From an uncultured virus (IMG/VR IMGVR_UViG_3300009168_000043) (taxonomy: Duplodnaviria > Heunggongvirae > Uroviricota > Caudoviricetes): a stretch of DNA of 64,000 nt. The notes under the pieces were generated by a model, which was given only the letters and a program-made list of their open reading frames with translations, was not told the origin of the DNA and did no database searches. A program made the translations under genes and the position numbers. Below, piece after piece: positions 28,477-38,632 of the stretch. Position 1 is the stretch's first letter; the number at the start of each line of letters is the position of its first letter. The stretch lies in IMG/VR virus record IMGVR_UViG_3300009168_000043; one strand, 5' to 3'.

Positions 28477-28591
28477 AAATACAATCAAATTTAAATGATT
28501 AAACGTATAATAAATTAGTAATGCAAATATAAACAATTTTAGCGAAATAAAAAAATCTTTTTACACTTTTTTTAAAACTTTTTTTCACTAA

Positions 28592-28672
28592 ACAGAGGCA
28601 CCTCAGACGATGTTTTTATTTTTTAATAATATAATACCATTTAATTAACTTTATTCGTCTGATAATGTCTGA
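28592..28672. repeat. Phased TCAGA/TCTGA element, copy 4
   Basis: ACAGA 28592, TCAGA 28603; TCTGA 28658, 28668. Confidence 0.65.
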
Positions 28673-28709
28673 ATACGGTATTACCATATCTAATTATCGA
28701 TACCAATAC

Positions 28710-30482
28710 CTATTTAGAATTTCTTTCCACCATAGTAGAATCTATCTTTAATTGGTTATTCGATAGTTTTAATCCCAACGAAAGATTCTTAAACGTTATA
28801 ACGGTCAACGGGTTTTCATCAGATTCTACAAATATCAGTTTTACACTGTCTCCAGGATTAGTCAATGCCAGTTCTGATTGAACGTTGCTAGATACATAGA
28901 AAGATTTTCCATTTATCTTATCTATTGTTACATAACACTGTTTGGAAGTAGAGTTTGTCTCCCACCCTATCCTTTCTATCTTTGCTAACAAAGTTTTTGT
29001 GTTTTCTAAAGATTCTGTTGTAATCTGTCCTCCATTAGAAGATATAAGCCTTTTATATTCCATAAGAGCTTCTTGAGGAGTAACTCCTATGGCCACTCTT
29101 TTGTTTTCGTTTTCCACTATGGCCACGCCCATATAGTTCTTACCGTTTTCACTCAATATGGGAACTATAGAACTCATCTTTCCATAAATGTTTTCATACA
29201 CTATCTGTTCTGAAGCGTGCCACATCTTGTAATACACCGCGCTATTAACAGCTTCTATGACAGACTCTTCTGTAGCACCTCCACTTATGGTGTAATACAC
29301 AGATTTACCTGTTCTTGCATTGGTATACATCAATCCGGTCATGGATTGATCTCCATTATTAGTCGAGGTTATCGGTTGAACTATTATGCATTGACCATCA
29401 CTAGAATAGTTCATTGTTGGAGTTTCGGGCTCTAAAAGATTAAGTTTAGACCAAATCCTGTTCAACCAACCATTTTTAAGGCTTCCCCAATAAGACACAT
29501 AGTTTTCTATGAGCGCTTCAGGATATACCCTATCTATCCATTTATACTCCTCAGCGTTTATGTCATTTAAAGATATAAACTTATTATCACCATTGGTTGG
29601 GTCAAAAAGTATTATGCCTTCCACTTTATCTCCCCAATAACTTATTGTAGGAACACACACAGTGATCACCCACCACACTTTGCCATTATCATCTTCTTCA
29701 AATGAATAGTCTGTTAATATCTTATCGTTGTAATCTTTCCAAAGGATTCGTTCTAAGTTATCGTAGAACCATGCACCCGGAGTATATTTAATCTTTTGAG
29801 AAGTAATCATTTCTGGTTTAGCATATGGATCGGTAGCAGATATTTTTATGTATCCCGGTATATAATCTGTATCAGTCCAAACACTGTAACCTTCATAATC
29901 GAGCGGTATCAAATAAAAGTATTCTTCTTTTATCCTTTGTAAGGTTATATAATCATCTGCTAAAGGAAATTGCGAACCTAATGTAGATCCATTGATGCTA
30001 AGCGCTGTCTTTGCAAGGGTTATAGCTAGCTCTCTGGGTACAAGCCTTATGTGTGTAGGATCTAAAGGTTGAATATCATTAGACCAATGCACCATGTCCT
30101 TGCTTTCCATATCACCTATCAAAGAAGCATAAGATTCATCTCTTAACATAGAACAACCACTACCGGATGTGATGAATAGTATTACAACTCCTAAAACAGT
30201 AACCACCCATCCTTTGTGTATCGATTCGTTAACGTTAGCTAACATTATTATAATTGTTATGCCCGAAAACAATACACCAATCAGAAAAACTACACCTAGC
30301 ATAGGATATGCTAACGATGGTAAAGCTGCGTAAAATAGCAAGAAAGCAATTATCAGATAAATTATAAAAATTCTAAATATTGGCTTCTTATAATCAGAAG
30401 ATCGTTTCTCGAATACGAACGGAAGAATTCCAACTATTGCTGTTATAAGCGATAGTAAAAAAGATAAAACAGAAGCTGACAT
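28710..30482 (-). CDS. Membrane-anchored hypothetical protein (about 4 N-terminal TMs plus large soluble domain)
   Basis: 590 aa ORF, hydrophobic N-terminus. Confidence 0.8.
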   Translation of the reverse strand: MSASVLSFLLSLITAIVGILPFVFEKRSSDYKKPIFRIFIIYLIIAFLLFYAALPSLAYPMLGVVFLIGVLFSGITIIIMLANVNESIHKGWVVTVLGVVILFITSGSGCSMLRDESYASLIGDMESKDMVHWSNDIQPLDPTHIRLVPRELAITLAKTALSINGSTLGSQFPLADDYITLQRIKEEYFYLIPLDYEGYSVWTDTDYIPGYIKISATDPYAKPEMITSQKIKYTPGAWFYDNLERILWKDYNDKILTDYSFEEDDNGKVWWVITVCVPTISYWGDKVEGIILFDPTNGDNKFISLNDINAEEYKWIDRVYPEALIENYVSYWGSLKNGWLNRIWSKLNLLEPETPTMNYSSDGQCIIVQPITSTNNGDQSMTGLMYTNARTGKSVYYTISGGATEESVIEAVNSAVYYKMWHASEQIVYENIYGKMSSIVPILSENGKNYMGVAIVENENKRVAIGVTPQEALMEYKRLISSNGGQITTESLENTKTLLAKIERIGWETNSTSKQCYVTIDKINGKSFYVSSNVQSELALTNPGDSVKLIFVESDENPLTVITFKNLSLGLKLSNNQLKIDSTMVERNSK

Positions 30483-30506
30483 TGTTAAAGATTTAGATTG
30501 TTTATA

Positions 30507-30911
30507 CTAATTACTTGCAGACATATCTTGAAAATTATTCAATAGTTTATCGTAAATGATCTTTTGTATGGAATCCAGTCTGTCACATGGAACATAACTA
30601 TAGTCATATTCCCCGTATTTAATTCTAAGACACCTTACTTCTCTGCCGAAAATCTTTTCACCTGAAGATTGTGCCTGTTCTATAGTTTCATCTACATCTT
30701 CATAATCTCCACCTGTCATGTTTTGAGAGGCAGCTTTTACAGTTTCTTTTACCCAATCTGCATATTCTTTCTTAAGAGAATCCGGAACTATTACAGTGGT
30801 TGAAAGACTATATTTTTTTGTATCTACCCATCCTTTGTTAGATACTTCTCCACACGAAGAAAAAATTACAGCAAACAACAAACAAATTACAACAAGTTTT
30901 GTTTTTTTCAT
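30507..30911 (-). CDS. Lipoprotein
   Basis: Signal peptide with lipobox FSSC. Confidence 0.7.
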   Translation of the reverse strand: MKKTKLVVICLLFAVIFSSCGEVSNKGWVDTKKYSLSTTVIVPDSLKKEYADWVKETVKAASQNMTGGDYEDVDETIEQAQSSGEKIFGREVRCLRIKYGEYDYSYVPCDRLDSIQKIIYDKLLNNFQDMSASN

Positions 30912-30931
30912 AACTAATATTGTATTAAAGT

Positions 30932-31423
30932 TTAACGTTGTAAAATAGAATCTAAATAAGATTCACTTATCTCATATTTTTCTGATTGAACATCAAAATA
31001 ACATCTTTCGTTGTCAATATTATATTCTTTAATACTGATAGAAACAACTTCAATAGAAAGAAAATAGAATGTTTGATCATATACTATTCCATTTCTGTTA
31101 TCAAGATTGCCTTTTACTAGAAAGGCTTGTTTTTCACTTGCTGGTACGATTCCAGCAAATCCGAATTCACTTAACTTCTTAAAGGTTCCTATCTCTTTTA
31201 GATCCTTCAGAAGTTTTTCCACTTTTTCTATACCAATCATCCTTCCTGCGTCAGAAAAAGTTACAGGAGAGGTCCTAAAAAGACGAATGCCCTTTATTAT
31301 CTTGTTATCATACGTACGATAAGGAACGTAAGCCATTCCAGGACCTCTTCTATCTGATTCGATTGAACCATAACCATGGTTTTTTAACACCTGATTTATG
31401 TCATTTTTTTTATAAAACGTCAT
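30932..31423 (-). CDS. Hypothetical protein
   Basis: ATG ORF. Confidence 0.7.
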   Translation of the reverse strand: MTFYKKNDINQVLKNHGYGSIESDRRGPGMAYVPYRTYDNKIIKGIRLFRTSPVTFSDAGRMIGIEKVEKLLKDLKEIGTFKKLSEFGFAGIVPASEKQAFLVKGNLDNRNGIVYDQTFYFLSIEVVSISIKEYNIDNERCYFDVQSEKYEISESYLDSILQR

Positions 31424-31599
31424 GATTTACGAGTTTAGTTATTATTGTGTGTTAACTATATTAGTAAAACATATAAGGATCGTTCGCAGAAACTAACTGA
31501 TATTGCTCTTGGGTGTCTTCCGACCCTCAGTAGTATCATTTACGATTTTGGACATCTATTATGATTGTTTCTGTAACCGCAATTTTTCACGATCCTTAT

Positions 31600-31803
31600 T
31601 TACCTTAATATTTCTACTTCTTCTCCAACAGGATGATTCACTTCAAAGAAAAAATCCCACCAGAACCATTCAGTGTTACACACCACTCCATCGCCCTTCA
31701 CTGTAACTTCTCTTTGTGATGGGTGAGTGTTAACTTCAGTAAGTATCACATCACCATCTTTACATATCGATCTTAATTTCTTGTATAGTGTAACTTCTTT
31801 CAT
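31600..31803 (-). CDS. Hypothetical protein
   Basis: ATG ORF. Confidence 0.6.
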   Translation of the reverse strand: MKEVTLYKKLRSICKDGDVILTEVNTHPSQREVTVKGDGVVCNTEWFWWDFFFEVNHPVGEEVEILR

Positions 31804-31808
31804 AGTTA

Positions 31809-32768
31809 TTAGTTATAATAGGTCTTACAAGATAGTTCAAGGCGCAAATTTTTATGCTGATCAAAATTTGCGCCGTTTAACGTGTACCATCCCAGACTGT
31901 GGCTGTATCTTTTCTTTTTAAGATTGTTAAATATGATTTCTATGTTAGCTATTACAAAGCTTTCTACTAAGGGGTTAACACCAATAATTTTTGATAGATC
32001 AAATACGTGAACGAATTCTTCGGTACCACTAGTTGACCAAGGTCCAGATAAATCTGGATGCGTTATGATTTTCTTTGGTTTTAATAAATCTAACAAGATT
32101 GTGATAGATTCTAACGTGATTGTTGATTTAATTTGTTTGATGGTTTTATTTACGAGTTTAGCTTTATACTCATCAATGTGTTCACCTTTGATGAAACTTT
32201 TGTAAGCAGGATTTCTTTTGATCATTCCTATAATGCATTGACCCATTTTTTTAACATATAGATATCTAGGCTTAATGTCATCCCATTCAATACTTTGAAT
32301 GGTTACATCTTTATTAAGATAGCTTCCTTTGTCTATTACTGCTTCCCAAACTTTTCTTTTTACTTTTAAGTTAGTAAAGTTTTTAAACCCACAAGGTGTC
32401 CACACTCCATTGATCTGTTCTCCTTCAATAGAATAATCTTTATAACTACCGTTTTTCAATGCAATTGCAAAATAGTTTCTATCTTTAAAATGACAATCAG
32501 TAAGTTTGTATTTAGTGATCAAATCGCGATTGATAAAAAACTGTACAGTTCTATTAGAGCTGTAACGTTCGGTAGATATTTCAGATCTAAAATAAATACC
32601 ACCCGGACTTTCATAATCAATCACATTGCTATTTGCAAACTTTATTGAAGTAAACTTTAACGGTGATTCTTGCATCTGTTTAACCATCCAAAGCATGACT
32701 TCGTTCCAAATAAAGTCATTACTAATGTAATTTATTTCACTGTATCCGGGTCTGGAAGTTAGCATCAT
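31809..32768 (-). CDS. Hypothetical protein
   Basis: 319 aa ORF. Confidence 0.75.
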   Translation of the reverse strand: MMLTSRPGYSEINYISNDFIWNEVMLWMVKQMQESPLKFTSIKFANSNVIDYESPGGIYFRSEISTERYSSNRTVQFFINRDLITKYKLTDCHFKDRNYFAIALKNGSYKDYSIEGEQINGVWTPCGFKNFTNLKVKRKVWEAVIDKGSYLNKDVTIQSIEWDDIKPRYLYVKKMGQCIIGMIKRNPAYKSFIKGEHIDEYKAKLVNKTIKQIKSTITLESITILLDLLKPKKIITHPDLSGPWSTSGTEEFVHVFDLSKIIGVNPLVESFVIANIEIIFNNLKKKRYSHSLGWYTLNGANFDQHKNLRLELSCKTYYN

Positions 32769-32920
32769 TTTTTGTTTTTAATGACGATGTTGTTATCTTT
32801 CATTAACTGTTTAATATCTCTTACACAATCAGATTTTGTGAAGCCTTCTTTTTTCATGTCCTTGTAATGATCTGCGACTGCTTCATTGAATTCTTTTGTC
32901 GTCCAACTTTGTTGTGCCAT
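32765..32920 (-). CDS. Small hypothetical protein (51 aa)
   Basis: Manual translation MAQQSWTTKEFNEAVADHY...; first gene after promoter at 32947; ATGA overlap with next gene. Confidence 0.55.
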   Translation of the reverse strand: MAQQSWTTKEFNEAVADHYKDMKKEGFTKSDCVRDIKQLMKDNNIVIKNKK

Positions 32921-32985
32921 GATAGAATCGTTTTATTATTACAATACAAATATAACCAAAAATTTTTAATTAAATTAATCTTTTC

Positions 32986-33456
32986 TTAACTTTTTTTTAC
33001 ATTTTTATTCAAATAGTGTTCTGCTAAAAGCTTTACAGTTTTCCTATCAAAAGTACCTGCTCCTATCACAATATACACCACTTGTTTGTTAGAGTATTTA
33101 GAATTATCTTGCATTAAACTGTGTGCTAACAATATCTGTTTCTTTGCAATATGTGCACATCCAAACTTAACATATTCTGGAAAAAATTCTGCAATATATC
33201 CGTTTACTCTGATTACCGATGCTGCGGATTCTATTTCATCTAATGTGGCCAATCGAAACTTCCCTGATATACACCAGATGCCATCTCCATTGATAAATAT
33301 GACGTCTGGTTCATCACCGGTCATTCCCGAATGTGATTCGGATCTTTTAACTACTTCATACGTCCCAGGCCGAACACCCATGCATCCTGGAGTTAAGTCA
33401 GCTGAATTTTCTATGGTTATCCAATCGCCTTCATTAAATTTTTGGTTAATTTTCAT
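32986..33456 (-). CDS. Hypothetical protein (paralog of 43239-43910)
   Basis: GDW.T., FR.AT.DEI, YV.FGCA.I.KK, IG.G.F shared. Confidence 0.75.
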   Translation of the reverse strand: MKINQKFNEGDWITIENSADLTPGCMGVRPGTYEVVKRSESHSGMTGDEPDVIFINGDGIWCISGKFRLATLDEIESAASVIRVNGYIAEFFPEYVKFGCAHIAKKQILLAHSLMQDNSKYSNKQVVYIVIGAGTFDRKTVKLLAEHYLNKNVKKS

Positions 33457-34273
33457 TGTTGTTTATATTTTTATGTTTATTAAAACTATACGCGCTTATA
33501 CATCTTGAACAGTTCGGAACCCACGTATCGTAAAATATCCTGTTAAACTCTTTAAACCTTGTAGAAAATCCTCCATCTATGTAATCTTTAACAGAAGCGT
33601 AATCCCATACTCCAAATCCACACTTGTATATGTCTCCAATTTCATCAATTAAAAACGAGTACTGGTGTTCTGGATTGTGACAGTAACATGCAAACATAGA
33701 GTAGAAACCATAACCGTATACTGATCTACCGATTGGTACCATGTTTTTTTCTGCTTCGTTCAATTCAGACGTTTTACTAACAACGTTTAATTCATTTAAC
33801 TGACGTTGAGCTTCTTCGATGTTTTTGTTAGTGTGCCATTGATCTTTTGATAAGCAAACGTAACAGTTTTTATGTTTGGCGAGGTGTTCTGCAAATCCAA
33901 CGTCTGTTACGGCCCAGTCACCATTGGATACTATTCTGGCCATGTTAGTTGATGGAATCAAAACATCTAATATCTCTTTCCAGTTTGGATTGCAGAACAG
34001 CTCACCACCCATAAGATTTATAGAATGCACTTCATTGGTTTTTAAAAACTTAGCAATCTCTTTGGCAGTTTCTACTGTCATGTGAGTGTCACACTGAGGT
34101 GAGCTTTCAAAACAACAGTGAGAACAAGACTGAGTACACTTTAATGTGATACGTACCGTAGCTCTTAATTTTTTGTTACATTCTGTTTTAAACTTACAGC
34201 TTTCACAGTTGCAAGAACCTGGTCCATTCTTTGCTTTACAATCCCTTTCTAAACATATGTCGCACGGTTTCAT
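33446..34273 (-). CDS. Radical SAM protein with Cys-rich N-terminus and SPASM/twitch-like C-terminus
   Basis: CTQSCSHC, MGGE, SNG, GDIYKCG, CSRC. Confidence 0.85.
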   Translation of the reverse strand: MKPCDICLERDCKAKNGPGSCNCESCKFKTECNKKLRATVRITLKCTQSCSHCCFESSPQCDTHMTVETAKEIAKFLKTNEVHSINLMGGELFCNPNWKEILDVLIPSTNMARIVSNGDWAVTDVGFAEHLAKHKNCYVCLSKDQWHTNKNIEEAQRQLNELNVVSKTSELNEAEKNMVPIGRSVYGYGFYSMFACYCHNPEHQYSFLIDEIGDIYKCGFGVWDYASVKDYIDGGFSTRFKEFNRIFYDTWVPNCSRCISAYSFNKHKNINNNEN

Positions 34274-34295
34274 CAGTCTTTATGATAAGGTTATA

Positions 34296-35285
34296 CTATT
34301 CGAATTCAATCTTAACTCTTCTTGCCATGTCGTACTCTCTTGATTTATCTATACCAACGCTGATCACTTTTATTTTAGATTCGTTTATTCCTAACTTAAC
34401 CAGCTTGTTCTTTACTGCATTTCCACGATTCTGAGCCAGTTTTAAGTTGTATTCAGATGATGCAATGTTAGAACAGTATGCTGTGATTGTGATGGCATTT
34501 TTAAACTTATTAAGAGATTGTTCTATGTTTTCCAACCCATCTTTATCGATAACATAGCTATTGTTGTAAAAGTAAACATATTCAGCTGAAATCTTTTCAG
34601 GTTCGTTCTTGTTAGTAACGTTCTGTACATAGTTGTTGTTTATAACTTTAGATGAATCTACATAATAAACGTTAGTACACGGTTCCATCATTGGTTCAAG
34701 ATAAAAATCAGCATGAGATTTCTTTTTTCCCAAAACAAATATTGCTTTAACATTAAAATCTATGATAGAAGTTGTCATAGTTCTATTGTATGGAGTATAC
34801 TCTGGTCGACTGTTTACTCCGGTTGTAACATTCAATCCTGCTGTAATAAAAAACTTATCAGTTATCCTGAACTCGTTATCAACATAACCAGCTAAATGAA
34901 AGTCAGATATTCGATGAAGTATAACAGTATTGGTGAAGTTTCGTGAATCCGTATAATCTCCACCTATGCCACCCACAATGGTCCATCTATTGTTTGCAAC
35001 ACGTTCCAACTTAGCTAAACGTCCAAAATTACACACTCCCATAACCTGTCCAGAAACGTATTCTATTGGATAGTTTAAATGGGTGTAACTTCCTGATAGT
35101 TTAACTCCAAATATCGGCGTGGCCATGTATCTTACACCCACACCTGTATTAAAGAATCCAACTTTTGTAATGTCTCTTACTTTCGTAAGTCCGAATTCTG
35201 GTTCAATAGACCATTTGTTAAAATCTTGAGCAGACAGTGACGTTATCGTCAATAACACACATAAAATAACAAATAACTTTTTCAT
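34296..35285 (-). CDS. OmpA-family outer membrane protein
   Basis: Signal peptide, beta-barrel-like region, C-terminal OmpA domain YNLKLAQNRGNAVK..L ... ARRV.I. Confidence 0.88.
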   Translation of the reverse strand: MKKLFVILCVLLTITSLSAQDFNKWSIEPEFGLTKVRDITKVGFFNTGVGVRYMATPIFGVKLSGSYTHLNYPIEYVSGQVMGVCNFGRLAKLERVANNRWTIVGGIGGDYTDSRNFTNTVILHRISDFHLAGYVDNEFRITDKFFITAGLNVTTGVNSRPEYTPYNRTMTTSIIDFNVKAIFVLGKKKSHADFYLEPMMEPCTNVYYVDSSKVINNNYVQNVTNKNEPEKISAEYVYFYNNSYVIDKDGLENIEQSLNKFKNAITITAYCSNIASSEYNLKLAQNRGNAVKNKLVKLGINESKIKVISVGIDKSREYDMARRVKIEFE

Positions 35286-35325
35286 TGTTTCTAAAATTTA
35301 AAGTTAATAATTCTTAAACTAAACA

Positions 35326-36045
35326 TTATCTTTCTTCAGGTTTTTTGTAGGCCTGATTTAAAAATTTGTAAACTTCTTCTTCTGTAGTTATGTCGTATTG
35401 ATGGTATCCACCATCGAGTGATTTGTTATCACACAATCCGTATTCAGACAATGAATACCCCATAGATACAGCTGTTTTTCTTAACCTTATATTCTCCGTT
35501 TTGCTACCAGTATAGTGCATGATAGCAAACGGCCAGTGTTTCTCTTCTACAACCTTAAAGTCTATTTGACAGAATTCATCAAACACATACGTAACCTTTG
35601 CATCACCCTTCCATCTTATCTCTGGCACATAATTTTCTTCTACATATTTGTAAAATAAATGAAGTGCATCCAAATTCTTTACAACCATAAGAACATCAAG
35701 ATCTGATACACGTGCAGCTTTTCTTCTCCAAGATCCGCACACCTCGTACTTTGATATAAAAACACTGAATGCATCCATCATGTGTTCTATCATACTCACA
35801 TATCCGTTAAATCGTTCTCTTGGATACCTCACTTTTCCATCAGGATCTGTACCTTCCTTCAGTTTTACTCCTAACACTATATCAGGATTATCTTTTTCGA
35901 ATTGAACTATGTGTTTGCACTTTCTTTCATCTTCATTCTTTCCGAAACTTTTGCAGTGAAACTTAAATCGAGGACAAGTACACGTTATGTCTTCTGAATC
36001 TATTTCGTATTCAACTCCAGTAGAACCTTTCACATTATATTTCAT
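35326..36045 (-). CDS. Family X DNA polymerase core with N-terminal SWIM zinc finger
   Basis: CTCP.F ... CKH (SWIM); GSWRR....SDLDVL, QIDF, HYTGSK..N..LR..A...G.SLSEYGL, EEEVY..L...Y..P.ER; start moved to MKYNVKG. Confidence 0.85.
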   Translation of the reverse strand: MKYNVKGSTGVEYEIDSEDITCTCPRFKFHCKSFGKNEDERKCKHIVQFEKDNPDIVLGVKLKEGTDPDGKVRYPRERFNGYVSMIEHMMDAFSVFISKYEVCGSWRRKAARVSDLDVLMVVKNLDALHLFYKYVEENYVPEIRWKGDAKVTYVFDEFCQIDFKVVEEKHWPFAIMHYTGSKTENIRLRKTAVSMGYSLSEYGLCDNKSLDGGYHQYDITTEEEVYKFLNQAYKKPEER

Positions 36046-36050
36046 ATCAA

Positions 36051-36362
36051 TTAGTCTTGTAAGTTGTTTACCTTTATAAAATCTCCAACTAATGATCTCC
36101 AGATGTTTACTGCTTCTTCTGGTGAACTTAATTCTATATAATAGCTGGTTGAAGAGTGTGCACATTCCCAAGTTATTCTCTTATTATGTAGATAAAGAGT
36201 GTGAGAACGTTTTGATCTGCTAGGCAGTTTTTTCCCCGATGCATGATCAACTAATCTTTGAGCTGCACTCCAAACTTTATCAGTTATTCGTGTTGCGCCA
36301 TCTTCTACAAAATCTGCATTTCGCAAACACATTAGCTTTGAAATAGATGATATTTTTTTCAT
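36051..36362 (-). CDS. Hypothetical protein (paralog of the N-terminal part of 45714-46334)
   Basis: RSHT..L..K.I.WE ... EA..W..VGD.I.VNN shared. Confidence 0.7.
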   Translation of the reverse strand: MKKISSISKLMCLRNADFVEDGATRITDKVWSAAQRLVDHASGKKLPSRSKRSHTLYLHNKRITWECAHSSTSYYIELSSPEEAVNIWRSLVGDFIKVNNLQD

Positions 36363-36365
36363 ATT

Positions 36366-36749
36366 TTAGACTGTTTTATTATCTTTTAAACTCATACAGT
36401 GATTTGTAGCAAGGTGAAAGTTTTCCGCGTCACACATAGCCCATGATCCGTTGTTATAACGAACTGGCCAGTTTTCTTTAATGTATTCCTCTACCATATC
36501 GTGATCAACAAACCTGGATGTTGCATTGTAAAAACATATTCTTTGATCGTATATCTTAGCAAAGAAAAACATTACGGTTACTGGTCTTTTATTTCCTTTT
36601 CCAATGTGTCCTATCTTAGTATGAAAACCTGATGTATCTTCTTTCCAATCACAATTTTTGTGATTATCTTTCCACAAAACATGTTTACTAAACGAATCAG
36701 CTTCTATAAAAAAAACAGTAGATTTCAATTTATCTTCATTAGATTCCAT
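36366..36749 (-). CDS. Hypothetical protein
   Basis: ATG ORF after promoter near 36770. Confidence 0.7.
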   Translation of the reverse strand: MESNEDKLKSTVFFIEADSFSKHVLWKDNHKNCDWKEDTSGFHTKIGHIGKGNKRPVTVMFFFAKIYDQRICFYNATSRFVDHDMVEEYIKENWPVRYNNGSWAMCDAENFHLATNHCMSLKDNKTV

Positions 36750-36809
36750 CTCATTTAATTTTTATTTAACGTATAAAAATAACCAAAATATATTTAATAT
36801 GAAAATCTT

Positions 36810-37397
36810 TTACACCATAAGTTTTTGTAAAGTTAATTTCTTTTTCTTGTTTTTCTTGTTTTTATTCGAGTTTGGTTTCTTTTTCTTTTTAGATATCGGT
36901 CTCATTTTTAAATTAGTCCTGCCGGTTCTTTTATAGTTGGCCAAATAAATCGGAAGTATCTTCAAAAATTCATCGTACGACATGTTTGATTTCCATCTGT
37001 TACATCGTCTACATGCAACCACCCAATTGGCAGTATCTAACTTGTCTATTCCCGAGCTTACTGGTATGACATGATCAATAGTAGCTAGTTTATTGTTCTT
37101 GTTATTGATTTCTGCATCAGCTAACAATCTTTCACCTACTTCTAAATTAGTATGTTTACAGTAGTGACACTTAAGAATTCCATCTCTTTCGAGAATTTCT
37201 GTAAGAAATTCGTGTCTTTTATCTAAATAGTATTGAATATCTTTAGTTTTATCTAAATAATCCTCATCACGTACTCTGTAGTAATCGTTAATCAAAACCA
37301 AAGATGCTAAAGATTTTTGATGTGGTTCATCTACTAAAATGATATTTCTTGATACTATCATTCCCCTTTTTGATGTGTGAGATCCAACTATCATCAT
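36810..37397 (-). CDS. HNH endonuclease
   Basis: CHYC ... TIDHVIPVSSG ... NWVVACRRCNRWK. Confidence 0.85.
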   Translation of the reverse strand: MMIVGSHTSKRGMIVSRNIILVDEPHQKSLASLVLINDYYRVRDEDYLDKTKDIQYYLDKRHEFLTEILERDGILKCHYCKHTNLEVGERLLADAEINNKNNKLATIDHVIPVSSGIDKLDTANWVVACRRCNRWKSNMSYDEFLKILPIYLANYKRTGRTNLKMRPISKKKKKPNSNKNKKNKKKKLTLQKLMV

Positions 37398-37406
37398 ATA
37401 TCAGAT

Positions 37407-37724
37407 TTAACTTATCAAAAAAAGATTAAGAGGATAGTAAGTATTATTGTACTTTATCGCGGCAACTAGATCTTCTTCATCTATGTTTTCATCCTTAACG
37501 AACTCTATTTCGCACTCTGTAAGCTTTTCATCAATTGCAGTGTCTGACCAATCTGACCAAACGATGGCCGAATCTCCAGAATTGGATACAATAATACAAA
37601 GCCCGCCAAAGTTACACTGAACCATAAATGCTTGTGGTTTAAACACTAGTGGATAACCGTTTCCAGCGTAGCTAGTTGAATACTCGTTAGCTAAGTCATT
37701 TAATATATCTTCACGATTTTTCAT
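37407..37724 (-). CDS. Hypothetical protein
   Basis: ATG ORF after promoter at 37752. Confidence 0.7.
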   Translation of the reverse strand: MKNREDILNDLANEYSTSYAGNGYPLVFKPQAFMVQCNFGGLCIIVSNSGDSAIVWSDWSDTAIDEKLTECEIEFVKDENIDEEDLVAAIKYNNTYYPLNLFLIS

Positions 37725-37833
37725 TTGATTAATTTATTATATTTGAATTACGTAAAAATAACAAAAGTTTTCGATATATAAAAACCTTTTAATAACTATT
37801 TTAAAACTATTTTAACGTTGAACGATTTTAAAT

Positions 37834-37863
37834 AAAAAAAGAGAACAATTGTTCTCTTTTTTT
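37834..37863. terminator. Intrinsic terminator (palindromic)
   Basis: AAAAAAAGAGAACAA TTGTTCTCTTTTTTT. Confidence 0.75.
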
Positions 37864-37882
37864 ATTTTTATTTTATCTGTTG

Positions 37883-38629
37883 TTAACTAAGTTTTCGTTG
37901 CCAAAAAAGATGTGTTTCTTCTTTTATGTTTATGACAGAAACAAGCTTCCAACCATCGTTTGGTCTTGATTTTATAGATAAATCGGTTTCATCTTTATTG
38001 CTCGATCGATCTACTATCACTTCATACTTCTTTTTATATGGTGTTATTAACACATCACCTTTATTGATATCTGTTAACGATAAAGAGAAGCTTTCGTTTT
38101 CTTTTATCACAAAAACACCAACACTCACATCTTCTTCTTTATTAGAACATGTATCCGTTTTAATTATGTCTTGATGAGCTATTATAGGTGGTGCTTGATC
38201 ATTTTTTTCTACAGGGTTTTCGTGATTAGCAGAAACACTATGGTTTCTATGTTTAGGATATCTGTATCTGTATGTGTGTTTAGGCGGATATTTTTTGATA
38301 CCATCTCTTACAGCTCTCCATAGTCCATCTTCTCCCTTTTCTAAATAATCAGTTCCTATCAAAAAGTATGGAATCAAACCACTAAATGCTGTACAGTAAT
38401 ACCCTCTATAAGGGTTCGCCATCACAGTTCTTTCAACCCATCGACAATCTTGCCCCCTTTTCTGTACTTTGACGTAAACTGATGTTGGTCTTCTAGACCT
38501 GCGATAAGTTCCAGTAGAATAATTAGTATCGACTATAAACTCTTGTATGTCTACAAATCGACATGCATTCTTAGATTCAACAAATCTAAGAACTTTTTCC
38601 TTCATTGTTACTCTTTTTTCTTTCGTCAT
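37883..38629 (-). CDS. Hypothetical protein (paralog of 41807-42502)
   Basis: KE.L..VE....F..Q.F.VD....GTY ... RG..C.A ... YLEK..DG....VR.G...YP shared. Confidence 0.75.
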   Translation of the reverse strand: MTKEKRVTMKEKVLRFVESKNACRFVDIQEFIVDTNYSTGTYRRSRRPTSVYVKVQKRGQDCRWVERTVMANPYRGYYCTAFSGLIPYFLIGTDYLEKGEDGLWRAVRDGIKKYPPKHTYRYRYPKHRNHSVSANHENPVEKNDQAPPIIAHQDIIKTDTCSNKEEDVSVGVFVIKENESFSLSLTDINKGDVLITPYKKKYEVIVDRSSNKDETDLSIKSRPNDGWKLVSVINIKEETHLFWQRKLS

Positions 38630-38632
38630 AAA

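Noticed and set aside
28107..28484. Alternative-frame ORFs within family C genes (28107-28484; also 56746-57078)
   Set aside because: Fully overlap the conserved paralogs and share nothing with each other
36810..37397. HNH gene as an intron- or intein-borne homing element
   Set aside because: Free-standing between intact ORFs; no split host gene; no intein motifs seen in ligA, thyA or nadE
37772..37781. GATATATAA on the plus strand at about 37773 and 43130 as late promoters
   Set aside because: Inside the spacer of minus-strand host-type promoters with no plus-strand gene downstream; shows the octamer alone is not specific in AT-rich DNA
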